From positions 1,460,834-1,524,833 of the forward strand of contig NW_003314305.1 of assembly GCF_000143415.4 (NCBI RefSeq): a DNA stretch of 64,000 nt, written 5' to 3'. Position 1 is the stretch's first letter. The number at the start of each line of letters is the position of its first letter. The DNA comes from Selaginella moellendorffii (lineage: Eukaryota; Plantae; Lycopodiophyta). The translations under genes and the position numbers were made by a program. Below are positions 12,084 through 23,261 of the stretch, piece by piece. A model generated the notes under the pieces. The model did no database searches and was not told the DNA's origin. It saw nothing but the letters and a program-made list of their open reading frames with translations.

Positions 12084-13870
12084 TCTGCCTTCAGATCCCG
12101 CACGAGGACTGCGCTTCCAAGCACCGCGTGCAAAGTTCACGATCGTACAGAGCAGTAGCGGCCAGCAGTCGTGAAACGAGCAGCGGGGAAGTATCAACCA
12201 GTGTCGCCAGGAGCTCTGGAAGAGAAGGAAACAATGTCGGTGATTGTAGGAATGGAGACCTGAGTAATCTGGTTCGAGCCCCTCGAACGCCTGTTTCAGC
12301 CGAAAGGTGGCTGGAAAACATCGAGAATCTCATCTCGGCAGAAGGTCTCAGATTGTTTTGTATAAAAATGACACCTACAGCATAGCCACTTGTATCTACA
12401 ACCATTGTATATAGTTTGTTTAGATCCGCAATATTGCACCTCGGCCTTAAGTCGACAACATGTTGGTGAAGTTACTGACCAGCCTTGCTTCACCAACATG
12501 TTCTCAAAATTCTCCAAGTTCACATCGTCAACATCGACCGCTCAGAAGTTGGAGCTGTTCCTGTTTTATTCAATAGCTTACCTCTATACGAGATCAAGGA
12601 CTCTCTGGATAATGTCCCTTGAAAGTGGATCGCGAACAAGACGACGGCCCTGTTCAAGCAAAAGCTCCGGCTCAAACTGATGCATACGATCTTTTCCTTT
12701 TTGGACCGGAATTCCGTAGCTCGCCTATGCTCAACATTGTCAAGTGCCTGTGAACCCACTCATTATTCTTCTGCGACGAGTAAATGGACACTCACTTGAT
12801 CAGGCCCACGAGAGAAGACTTTACCACGCCGCTGAGGAAGAGTATAAAGCAGCGCCAGATCCGAGCTCAACGCCACCTGGACGTCCGAGTCTATGAGAAC
12901 GTCCGACCGATGCACAAAGAAGAACGAGATTGAGATTTGATGCCCGGGACTGGGAAGTATCGAAGCGCTGGTATACAAAGGTCCGTAGTCTTTGGAACGG
13001 TGGCATTAAGAGACAGTCTGGCTCAAGGAATAGTCGATGTGATCTTGTACTCGAGTGCTGAGAGCTCCTGAATGGAAACAGGGTGTGCGATGATTGAATC
13101 TGCAGGAGCTTATTGAAAGTGCTGCAGAAAGAAGAAATGGAGCGCTTGCCGTTCCATGACAACGAAAGCTGTGCAAGGCCAGATATCACGTCACCTTGGA
13201 GAGGTCGGCGCGCCAGCCAAGAACGGGAACAACCGGGTGTCCTTCACGGTCCAATCCTCATCGTGTGATACACAAACCATGCACTGGATCAGTTTCTGGA
13301 AAAAGTGATGGAGTTAGACAAGAGTTGTTCGTGTTGGCGGGGGATCAAAGAGCAAGATCTTGGATCGTTGCATTCTCACAAATATTCGACCTCTCGTACG
13401 AATGTCGCAGGCGTCCACCACTGGAATCCAGACTTTTAAGAGGAATGGAGCTTCAGTATGTAACGAGAGAGATGCTGTGCGACAGCTTTGTTTCAAAATG
13501 GGGCTGGAGAAGTGAAGCATCACTGTGGCACTTGCGAAGAAGTCCGAGAAACCAATCCTTTCTATGTCGACCTTGCAAAAGCGTGTGAGAACCCGATTGA
13601 GGAGGATGCAGACACAGATTCTGGATCGGAGATGGAAGAAAAAGAGGAACCAAAAGCAGAGAGGCTTAGTTTCCAGAAATGCGAAGTGTGAATTGACCCG
13701 CTGATCGCTGCTCCACCAGGTCGCCAGGTAGCCGATCTCGGCAAGCTCAAGGTCGTGAAGGCCAAGTCAAGATTTCCGCGTCGGCAATGCGGCCATAGCT
13801 GCGCCAGTCGCTGAAGGTAAACCCTAGCTGCACGAAAATTGATCCTCAAGAGTTTGAGTTGAGTGAGTTG
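12084..13870 (+). pseudogene. Heavily eroded copy of the ZNFX1-like gene (upstream copy)
   Basis: Collinear nucleotide matches to the reverse complement of 19.5-22.4 kb (e.g. gaggactgcgcttccaagc; cacggtccaatcctcat..acaaaccatgcactggatcag; DTDSGSEMEEKEEPKAE), with many deletions and frameshifts. Confidence 0.85.
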
Positions 13871-14077
13871 CACTTTTACGTTTGAATGTTAAAGTTGCAT
13901 TTTGTTGCACGAAGACACGTGGCATATCCTGCAAGTGATCACGATCACCAGCAGCACTCTTCCGGGCGAAGTTGCAGTAGTTCACACAATCACGCAATGC
14001 AGGCTACCATCAGGAATACTAAACTAGATGGTTTTATTTAGTAGTAGATTGTATTTCAATACAGTTCTTCTGACTGA

Positions 14078-15586
14078 CTAATTATTTGCAAGTTGAGCTC
14101 CCAGATGTCGGGCTAAAGCCACAATCGTCAAGGTGGGATTCCAAGAGCCACATTGGATTGGCAGGATAGCATTACCTGTCAGGAATACATTGTTGGTGCC
14201 TTTGAGTTGGTAGTTGATATCCACACTTTGTTCAATTGGCATTGTGGAGCTTTCGTTTATGATGATGGAACTCCGAACGTCTCCGGGAAGTGTTTTCTTC
14301 CATTTGTTGCATGAAGAATCCCAGAAGTCAATTCTACCTTGAGGAGATAAGGCTCTCAAAACATCTTGCATTGCGTCCTCCATCCTGGTTTTAACGGCTT
14401 GATCTGCTTTGGATTCCTTCACGTGAATCTTGATGTTATCACAATTGAGGTGGTCTCCGTTGGTCCTTTCAACCCCTGATTCTGTGTTCTCCCCGAATTC
14501 TCCAATCCCAATACAAACCAAGATAACAAACCCTTCTTTAGATGATTGCATTTGTTCTTCTGTTGGATTTGCCACTAGATCTGGTGCAAGTCTAGTGGCT
14601 GTTGCTTTATTTTTTCCTGGGTCTGGGTTATCCATTCCTGTCACCTGGATGTGATATTTTTGACCTTCAATGTAAAGGGCAGAAAGCTCCAAATGTTGTG
14701 GAGGAGATAATTTATAATCTTCTCTTGGAACGCGAGCAACAAGGGAGCTAATAAATTGACATACCACAGTTTTGCCGATATGATGAAATGTTGGAAACGA
14801 GTTGAGTACTAATGCTGTAGATGGAATAGCCCCCATACATAATACCAATTTGTTGGTATCATAGAGTTTCACTTCTCCTCGACTTGTTTTTAAAGCTGTT
14901 GCAGTGCCATTGTTGTTAACAATCTCATAGACCAAACAATTTGTAGCAATCTTGAAATTTTTGTGAGACTTTGCCAGAGACAGTAACGGAGCTGCAGTGC
15001 AAAACTTCTTACATAAAGCTCCTCCCATAGCCAATGGTGCAAACATAACCTTTTTGTCGTGTATATTGTCATCCAAAAGATTTTTTAGTACCGCCTGGAG
15101 TTCTCCCTTATATACTTCAGATGAACTGACAACTTGGAGTAGATCTTCTGCCGCTTCCAAAAACTCACGAAGACCTTGAGTAAAAGATAATGGCCATGAA
15201 GTTGTTGATTCTAGACATGGCTTGGGACACCAGCCACTCCATACTAGCGATTTCCCACCAAAGAATGGGAGAATTCCTCGTAGCAACTCTACTCCTGGAC
15301 TTTGTTGAAATTGCCATGGGAATGTTTCACATGTCCCCCGCAAGATACTTTTGAAGATTGGATGGAGGTTTTGTACATGATCTGGCAAAAGGAATCCACC
15401 ACGTTCCAAGAGAAGAATTTTTGCATCTGGACTACGCTGCAACAGCTCAGTGGCAAAGCCCAAAGCACAAAAGCTGCTACCAATTATAATAAATTCATAA
15501 CCTTCACTTCGAGCTTGCTCCCATTCTTCTTCTCGAACAAAGAATGCATCCTCCAGAACTTTAGAAGCATTAGGATCTGCTGACAT
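14078..15586 (-). CDS. Intronless FAD-dependent GMC-family oxidoreductase (pyranose-oxidase-like, microbial type)
   Basis: 502-aa ORF with YEFIIIGSSFCA (Rossmann-like), KILLLERG, FFGGKSLVWSGW, LKGTNNVFLTG and SWNPTLTIVALA. Confidence 0.85.
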   Translation of the reverse strand: MSADPNASKVLEDAFFVREEEWEQARSEGYEFIIIGSSFCALGFATELLQRSPDAKILLLERGGFLLPDHVQNLHPIFKSILRGTCETFPWQFQQSPGVELLRGILPFFGGKSLVWSGWCPKPCLESTTSWPLSFTQGLREFLEAAEDLLQVVSSSEVYKGELQAVLKNLLDDNIHDKKVMFAPLAMGGALCKKFCTAAPLLSLAKSHKNFKIATNCLVYEIVNNNGTATALKTSRGEVKLYDTNKLVLCMGAIPSTALVLNSFPTFHHIGKTVVCQFISSLVARVPREDYKLSPPQHLELSALYIEGQKYHIQVTGMDNPDPGKNKATATRLAPDLVANPTEEQMQSSKEGFVILVCIGIGEFGENTESGVERTNGDHLNCDNIKIHVKESKADQAVKTRMEDAMQDVLRALSPQGRIDFWDSSCNKWKKTLPGDVRSSIIINESSTMPIEQSVDINYQLKGTNNVFLTGNAILPIQCGSWNPTLTIVALARHLGAQLANN

Positions 15587-16589
15587 TTTGGAACACTCGG
15601 ATAGAAGAGAGAAAGCTATGTCAGCAATGCAAGCAGGATAGGCTCAGAAGGATGTGATGGAGAAGTGCTTTTATCCTGAGATGCAACAGATGGTTATAAC
15701 ATAATTGTTACTAACATATATGATGGAAAAGTATGTCTATTCTGTTTGGAATACATTCTAGGTAGGTAGGAGGAGTGTATTCACCAGACTCGTCCAAATA
15801 AAAGATGGCAAATAGTTGTCAGCAACTTATAAAAAGGTGATAAGTCCTTGTTGCCGACCTATATAAAGTTTCACACCTTGGACGAGGATCACGCAACTCG
15901 CGCGGGAGCAGGAGGGAAGCCAACACGCCTGGCGTGGACTTGGAATAACAAAACATACAATTGCAAATTGTACATAGGCATGTCAAGCTGTTGGATTTTT
16001 GTTTCAAGCCAACGATGGCGTATAGGAAAAGAAAAGACTCACTAGGACGGACAGGCAGGGCAGAAGAAGATTACGGCTCCTGATCTTGCACCTCCTCCAG
16101 GCAGTGAATCCACTCTGGCCATTGCCTCTGGACCGTGGCACCAGGACGCAGTAAAATGTTTAGCGTACCACGGAAAGGACGAGAAACTGAATCGAGGCCA
16201 ACCTGAATCCAGAAGAATAGGCATTCCTCTCCTAATCATCTTTCATGGCTTCCGCATTTCCCATTCCCAGCAACGACACCATTTCTTTGGAACTTTGGAC
16301 CAAGCCATGCTTGAGAAACTTTTCAGAGGTATGAGACCTTGAGATGAAATTTTAAGTAAGTGATTTATCTCCCATGGCCATCTTTCCTTTCTCTCTTCTT
16401 TGTTTTCCCACTTTTCTTGGGTTGAGTTTTTCAGTATTTTGATTAAGTTTTTCTTACAGGGTTTTCTTTTGTTAAAATAACCGTGACTCCGGCAAAACCT
16501 CCATTGGAAGAACAAACTAGAGATTACAAACATCTCACTAAAAACTATTAAGTGGTCTACTTCATGGATATGGTCCCCTGATAACTTAA

Positions 16590-19500
16590 TTAAAAATCAC
16601 CATAACGAGAGATGGCAACGTTGCCTTGCACTGGAATGTGATGAGATCCTCCAATCACTGCAGTGCAATCCGGACACCTCGACTGCTCCATTGGACGGCC
16701 ACACTCTCCGACCACATAGATGTGACCATTCGGGCATTTGTACCACGTACCTCCAACGCTCCCAAGCGCGGCTCTCAATTCCACCGCTTCAATCTCCACA
16801 CTTCTCTTCATCTTCTCGGCCTCACTCTTAATCCTCACTGCGTTCTCGTTCCCGGGATCGTGCCCTAGCACCGCCTCACAGATCGCCACCGCAGCCGCAA
16901 ACTTTTGCAGATTTGTGAGCGCCAGAGCCCACTGCACCATCGCCTGGATCGCGAGCTCCACACCGGCGTTTGCGACGAGATCACTGGGTGAAACGTTGCT
17001 TGGAAGAGGAGTGTAGCTGCTCGAGCTCGAGGTGTCTGATCGAATTGTCGAGATCTCGGACGAGAGTGGGCTCGACTGGACGATCAATCTCAGATGGTCG
17101 ATTGCTTTCTCGAAGTCTTTGGCCTGGCAATACGCTGTTCCAATCCCAAGGTGGGCCTGGAAGAGCCCCGACTCGACCTGGATCGCCTCGGTGAAGAGTT
17201 CTATGGCCGCCGAGTGATTCTTCTTCCCGAGGTGCTGGAATCCCTGGTTTGTCTTGTAATTCGCCATCACTCTCCTCTTGACTTGCTCGATCTCTTGGAG
17301 CTTTGCTTTGACGATGTTTGCGTAGCGGTGAGTTCTCCGGATTGGAGTCTTGCATAGCGGGCTGGGGAAAGAACACGATCAACCAAGAAATCTAGCATGG
17401 ATCAGACTCTTCTTACGTACCAGGACTTGAGAAGGATCGCCGATTGATTGTCGTCAGACTCCATCCATCGATCCAAAGTCGACACTTCAAACAAATGGCC
17501 GCAATCTTGGAGCTGGATGAATCGATCAGATCTATCGCTCTCCCCCAAACTTGTGAGCGAGATTGGATCTCGAGTTTCTGGATCGCAAATCCGGCACTTC
17601 GTCGGGCAAGGCTCGCCGCAAAGCCCAATGCATCGGTGGCGACACGTGGAAAGCCGCCTCCTACATGGCATGTCGCACCGTCCGCGCTGGCATGTTTCGT
17701 GGCACTTTAGCTCGCACTTGAGGTGGCGGCATCTCCAGGAGCATCTTTCCCGACACGGCCGACATGGCTCTCCACAACGCTTGGAGCACTGGCTGTGGAC
17801 GCAGCGCTTGTCGCATGGTCGCCGACAAGGTGGGCAGGGGACCGAGCAACTGTCCTGGCAGAGGTGACCGCAAGGAAGATCCCGACCGCATCTTTGCTGA
17901 CACGTAATATGCTTTTCTCCACGTTGGCACCGCCCACACGTCCCCTTGCACCGGTGCTGGCAGCCCTCTAGGATGGCGTCACATGACACACTGCATGAGA
18001 AGGTGGCGGGGTCGTGGAAGCATCTCATCCGTTCCCCATGTCCACATGGCAGCTCCCTGACCACCGATTCGCAGCATTTGGTCTCACATGGCCTTCCACA
18101 GCTGCTCGGGCATGGATGGCCGCAAGGGAGAGGTCTCGGGCAGGGACTCGAGCACGCGACCTCTTCTACCTTGGTCGCGCATGGAATCCTTTGCTCGTGA
18201 CCACAGCTAGGGTTTATCTTCGCGACGAGGATCTGGCAGGGCCGGCAGGGGCGATCGCCATGGCAGAGGTTGGCGCAGCTATGACCGCATTCTTCTCGGA
18301 TTTTCTCGCATTGCTTGGGACAGATCACGGCGTCGTGCGATCCCGGATGGCATCGTCTCGGGCAAGCGTGGCCGCATTCGAGCTGGAATTCGCAAGGTCT
18401 GTTGCATCCGCCATCGCCGACGAGGCGGAAATCTTGGATCTTCCGGACCGGGGTCTCGGTGTCGGGGTGATTCTGGCAGCGCAGCACCAGTGCATCACCG
18501 ATCGAGTGCTGCTCCTGGAGGATTTCGAGGATCTTGCGCCAGAGATCGCTCTTCCGGGTCAGTAATTCCGCGTTGCCGAACATGTAGAGGCCCTGGCGAG
18601 CTCGCGAGAGAGCTACATTGATCCGGTTGGCGATGTTGAGGAAGCCGATCTTTCCAGCGCTTTCTTTGTCCGGGATTATGTTGCTCCTCACCAGCGAGAG
18701 AAGGATTATCGTGTTCTCCTCGCCTTGGAACTCGTCCACACTGGACACTCGCGGCAAACTTCCATCAGCTCCAGGAACATCTATGGAAGATGACGAAGAC
18801 GATGATCCACGATTTCTCCACGAAGGACTATCTGACGACGATGATGATCCACGATTTCTCCACGAAGGACCATCTATGGCGGATGACGAGGAAGGACGAT
18901 CTGAAGTTGCTCCTCGAATGCTCGAAGAAGTAGCGCCAGATCGAAAGAAGCTGTGCTCCGCCAACCTCCGCTGGATCTCCTTGACTTGTCCCTTATACAT
19001 GGCGAGGATGGTCACGTCCTTGGCATCGTAGCAGGCTTGGTTGAGAAGATAGACACAGAGCTCCACCACGAGTCCGGCTTCAATGGGATTGATCTTGGTC
19101 GCGCCATCTTCTTCGTCGCCGCAATCCTGCTGCTCGAGAGCTTTGTGATCCAGGAAGAACAAGCTCGACTTCATGCCTTTGATATCCTCGTACTCGGAAG
19201 CTCTGGCATGGTCCTTCAAGCTGGGATAGATGGTGCCAGAGATGAGCTTGGAGATGCAAGGCTTCATCCTTCGCTGGGTTTGGAGCATTACGTGCTGGAT
19301 TCCATTCTTCACCATCCGCTCGAAGAGAGAGACCTCGAGTTTGTGCTTGGTGGCGAGCTTGTAAGTCGCCACAGAAGGACGGAGCTGCAAGTGATCCCCG
19401 ATGAGAATAAGTTGGCGAGTGTGCTGCGTGAGGCATGCAAGTACGTGACTCTCGAGCACCTCAGCCGCTTCTTCGACGATGACAATCTCTGGCTGGAGAA

Positions 19501-22500
19501 CGGCCAGCATCTCGTTCAATCGAGCAGCCCCGGTCGTCGTCATTCCCACAACTTTGGATTTTCTCAGTATCGAGAGCTGGATTTCTCGCTGGGCTTCCTC
19601 GTTCGCCTTGCAAGCGGCGAGGTAGTTAAGGGTGTGCCGGGCAAGTTGGCGGCGAGCTTCGGTGTGGATCTTCAGGAGCCAGTACTGATGAAGCCTTCGT
19701 CTTTCTCTCACGGGAAGGCTCCACAGGTCGGGGTCGTCAACAAAGACATCCAGTGGGATTTCTTCTTGGATTTGGTTGGAGGAACTGGCTGCGTCGAAAG
19801 AAGCAGCAGGGACAGATTGGTCTTCATCTACCTCCACAACCTTGCGCTTGCCGCGATCCGCCTGCTGATCCGGTGGAGCAGCGATCGTCTCGACAATCGG
19901 AGCTTCAGGGTTGGTATCGTCCCTTACTTCGCATTTTTTCTGGAAAGTCTCAGCTAGCCAGCCTCGGATCCTCGCACTAAGCGCACTGCCTGCTTCGTCA
20001 CTTTCTGCTTTTGGTTCCTCTTCTTCTTCCATCTCCGATCCAGTATCTGTTTCTGCCTCCTCCTCACTTGAGCTCTCATAAACATTCCCATGGTCAGCTG
20101 GCTCTTGATCCTCGTCCTCGAGGAGATCAAAACGATTGTAGTTCTTCTTGTCCTTCAGTGTCACGGACTTCTTCTCAAGTGCCACAGTCTTTCTCTGGAT
20201 GCTTTCCCCCTCCAGCCAAGCCTTCACCCCTCCAGGTCCATTTTCAAACAAAGCTTTTGACTGTTCATACGTCGCGATCTCAAGAAGCCGCTCTCTCGTC
20301 ACGTACTGAAGCTCCATTTGCCTCTTGCAGTTTTCGATGGCCTCTTCGAAAGTTTCCATTCCACTGGCGGAAGCCATGGACATTCGTACCAGAGGTGGGC
20401 TCAACTTACAGTCCTTTCGAATATTTGCGAGAAGGCAACGATCCACGGTCTTGCTTTTTGATCCCGCGCCAACACGAACAACTCTGGTCTCGAACTCCAT
20501 CACTTTCTCCAGGAACTGATCCAGTGCATGGTTTGTGTAGCAGACAATGAGGATTGGACCGTGAAGGACACCAGGTTGTTCCTGTTCTTGACCTTTCCAA
20601 GGTGACGTGATATCTGGCCTTGCACAGCTTTCGCTGAAAAGATTTGCTAGCAGTGCTCGCACGATCAGGAGGCCAACGAAAGTTTTGCCAGTGCCGGGAG
20701 GTCCTTGAATGAGTGCGAGTCTCTTCGTCAAGGCATGTTTGATCGCTGCTTTCTGGCTCGCATCCAAGGTACAAGACGGCCAATCCGGCCACTCCTGAAG
20801 TATGTGAAATCTGGATCGACCGAGTTCTTCTTTCATTTCAGGAAACGTAGCCTCGAAGTCGTAGAAGTCTCCTCCAGCTCGGTGCACCAAGTATGACGGT
20901 GGCTTTACCTCTTGATCCAGCGCGACAAGGTTGTCATTGAACGGTAAGCACTCCATTTCTTCTTTCTGCAGCACCTTCAAAACGTGGCAATAAGCTCCAA
21001 AGTATGCTCCTGTAGATTCGATCATCGTATACGCTGTTTCCTGGAGCTCAGCACCATCGAGTAAGATCACGTCGACAAGTCCTTGAGCCAGCTTGTCTCT
21101 CGATGCTACCGTTCCAAAGACTACCGACCTCTGGAAGTTGTCGGGACTGAAGCATACCAGCGCTTCGAACATGAGACGCTTCGAGTTTTTCCAGTCCTCG
21201 TCAACCATTCTTCGTCGCCGCGTTCCTCGAATATCGAATCTCACTCTCGTTGCAATGCCTTCTCGGACGAGAACCACCTGTATCGGTCGGACGTTCTCAT
21301 AGACTCGGACGTCCAGGCGGCCTTTCGCTCCGTTTTGGTGCTGCTTTATACCGTTCCTCAGCGGCTCGATGAAGTCTTCTCTCGTGAGCCTGAAGTGAGT
21401 TTCTAGATACTCCGTCGCGGAAGAATAACGAGTGTCTGTCTTGTTCACAGGCACTTCTGATGGAGCGACAATGTTGAGCAGCTCTGGGTTGGTGGGGATG
21501 ATAGGCGAGCTGCGGAACTCCGATCCCTGCAAGGCACAAGGAGAAAGATCAGTACTTCTCTTCGAGACAACAAGGTCTTAAAAGACTTGCCTGTAAGCAC
21601 GCATCCGGGTTTGCTGCCGTGAGTTTGAGCCGGAGCCTTTGCTTGTGTTCTAACAGGGCCGTCGTCTTGTTTGCGAGCTCCACTTTCAACGGACATTCGG
21701 GAACAAGATCCAGAGAATCCTTGATCTCGTGCAGAGGTACGTGCTTCCAGCCATCGAGAGTTCGTTGCTGAATCTCTTCTGCCAAAAGCAGGAACGGCTC
21801 CAGCTTCTGTGCGGTCGGGGGTGTGAGATTGTTGATGTGAACCTGGAGATCTTTGAGGAAGCTCGATCCAAGCAGCGAACCGAAGATCAAGTTGGTGTTG
21901 TGCTTGAGCATGCTGCACCGGAATCCTTCCTTGGTCAGCAACTTCACCAGCATGTTTGCCGACTTGAGGCCGAGATGCGGACTCGAGAGAACGTTTTGAA
22001 GCGCTTGGAGTCCTTTCGCCGAGCTGAGATACTCGATGTTGTCGGCCGAGTGCTGTTCAAGCTGCGTGATCAGCCACCTTTCGATGTGAGGCCCCGAAGC
22101 AAAGGTGGTGCTTGTGGCGTTCGAGGAGCTCGAGCCGTGCGAGAACCTACACAGGTGTCCATTTCTACAATGCCCTTGCTGAAAGTAGTGACATTGTTTC
22201 CTTTCTTCTCTTCCAGAGCTCCTGGACGGTGGTTGATACTTTCCCACTGCTGCTGGCTGCTGCTCTACGGTCACTCTTCCAGAGCTCCTGGCCGGTGGTT
22301 GATACTTCCCCGCTGCTGGTTTCGGAATGGCTGGCTGCTGCTGCTGCTCTACGATCACGAACTTTGGCATGCGGCGCTTGGAAGCGCAGTCCTCGAGCAC
22401 GAGAGCCAACTCCAGATCCGATGGAACGGCGACGAGCTCCTTGGTGTCGTCCTCGAACATGACGGCGGCCGGGGTTTGCAGCCTGTCAAACGTTTCTCTC

Positions 22501-22759
22501 GCGACTGTGAGAAGCTCCGCGAGGCTTTGGTGCTCGGCGAAGCGGACGAGTCGAGTGGTTTCATGGTACCGCAGCTTCACCAGGCGATTGGACGCGACCT
22601 CCTGCTGGGATGGAAAGTGGTCATCGAGGCAGCAAAGCTGGCAGCAAACTTTACCTCTGGAGCGCTGGTTGACGACGATGATCCATCTCCAGCTACCAGA
22701 GCACTAAGATTCAACGGAAGAACAACACAGCCATGGCGCTTCCTCGTCTCTCTCGCCAT
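16590..22759 (-). CDS. ZNFX1: ZNFX1-like protein, about 1997 aa: PB1 - CCCH - helical region - UPF1-like SF1 helicase - NF-X1 zinc fingers - RING-like - TPR - RZ finger. Exons 22759-22655, 22601-21591, 21526-17421, 17361-16590
   Basis: All SF1 motifs are intact (QGPPGTGKT, CYTNHALDQFLE, IVEEAAE, LIGDHLQLRP, VDEFQGEEN, NRINVALSRAR). Repeated CGHxC fingers, QDCGHLFE..KSCPLCK and WYKCPNGH..GECG..CPDC..IGG. Splicing (one GC-AG intron) restores one frame. Confidence 0.92.
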
Positions 22760-23261
22760 CGCAGCGATGGGGAGTGAGAGAGCTTGGTTGATCTCAATAC
22801 GTTGGTCTCGATCGTGGTTCTTTGTTTCGCGCTGAGGTGGCTAGCAGTCTTGCATCAATGGGAGAGACTAGACGTGCATTCTTATGATTTAGCTATAGAT
22901 GCCAACCTTGTAAGCGGGAGATTCGACTGTGAAAGTGAAAGCTACCGTGGTTTCACGAAATGTAGCCTCAGGGATGACGTGTCACAGCTAGGTCCTACGT
23001 GGCAATCAGTGCTCAAGTAAGTATAAACCAATACTATGATTAGATTTTATGAGAAAACCATACCTTTAAATTAGTATTGTTTGAGTCGGTAATGAACTAT
23101 AGATGAAAATGACAATTTATTAGTTAACAAAACCGCGCGTCCAACGAGGCGTTGAACCATTGATAGATTTTCTTGGATGACAAAAAGAGTGATTTTCGCG
23201 ACGCTCGTCGCTATCCAATCTATCCGTCTGTCTAGACATCTATATACTATACATGCTTTCC

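Noticed and set aside
14078-15586. Microbial contamination explaining the intronless GMC, MTPSL and TPR genes
   Set aside because: They are contiguous, without gaps, with intron-containing plant genes and local duplications; long reads would confirm this.
18953-22835. Plus-strand ORFs of 334 aa and 368 aa
   Set aside because: Antisense shadows of the ZNFX1-like coding exons.
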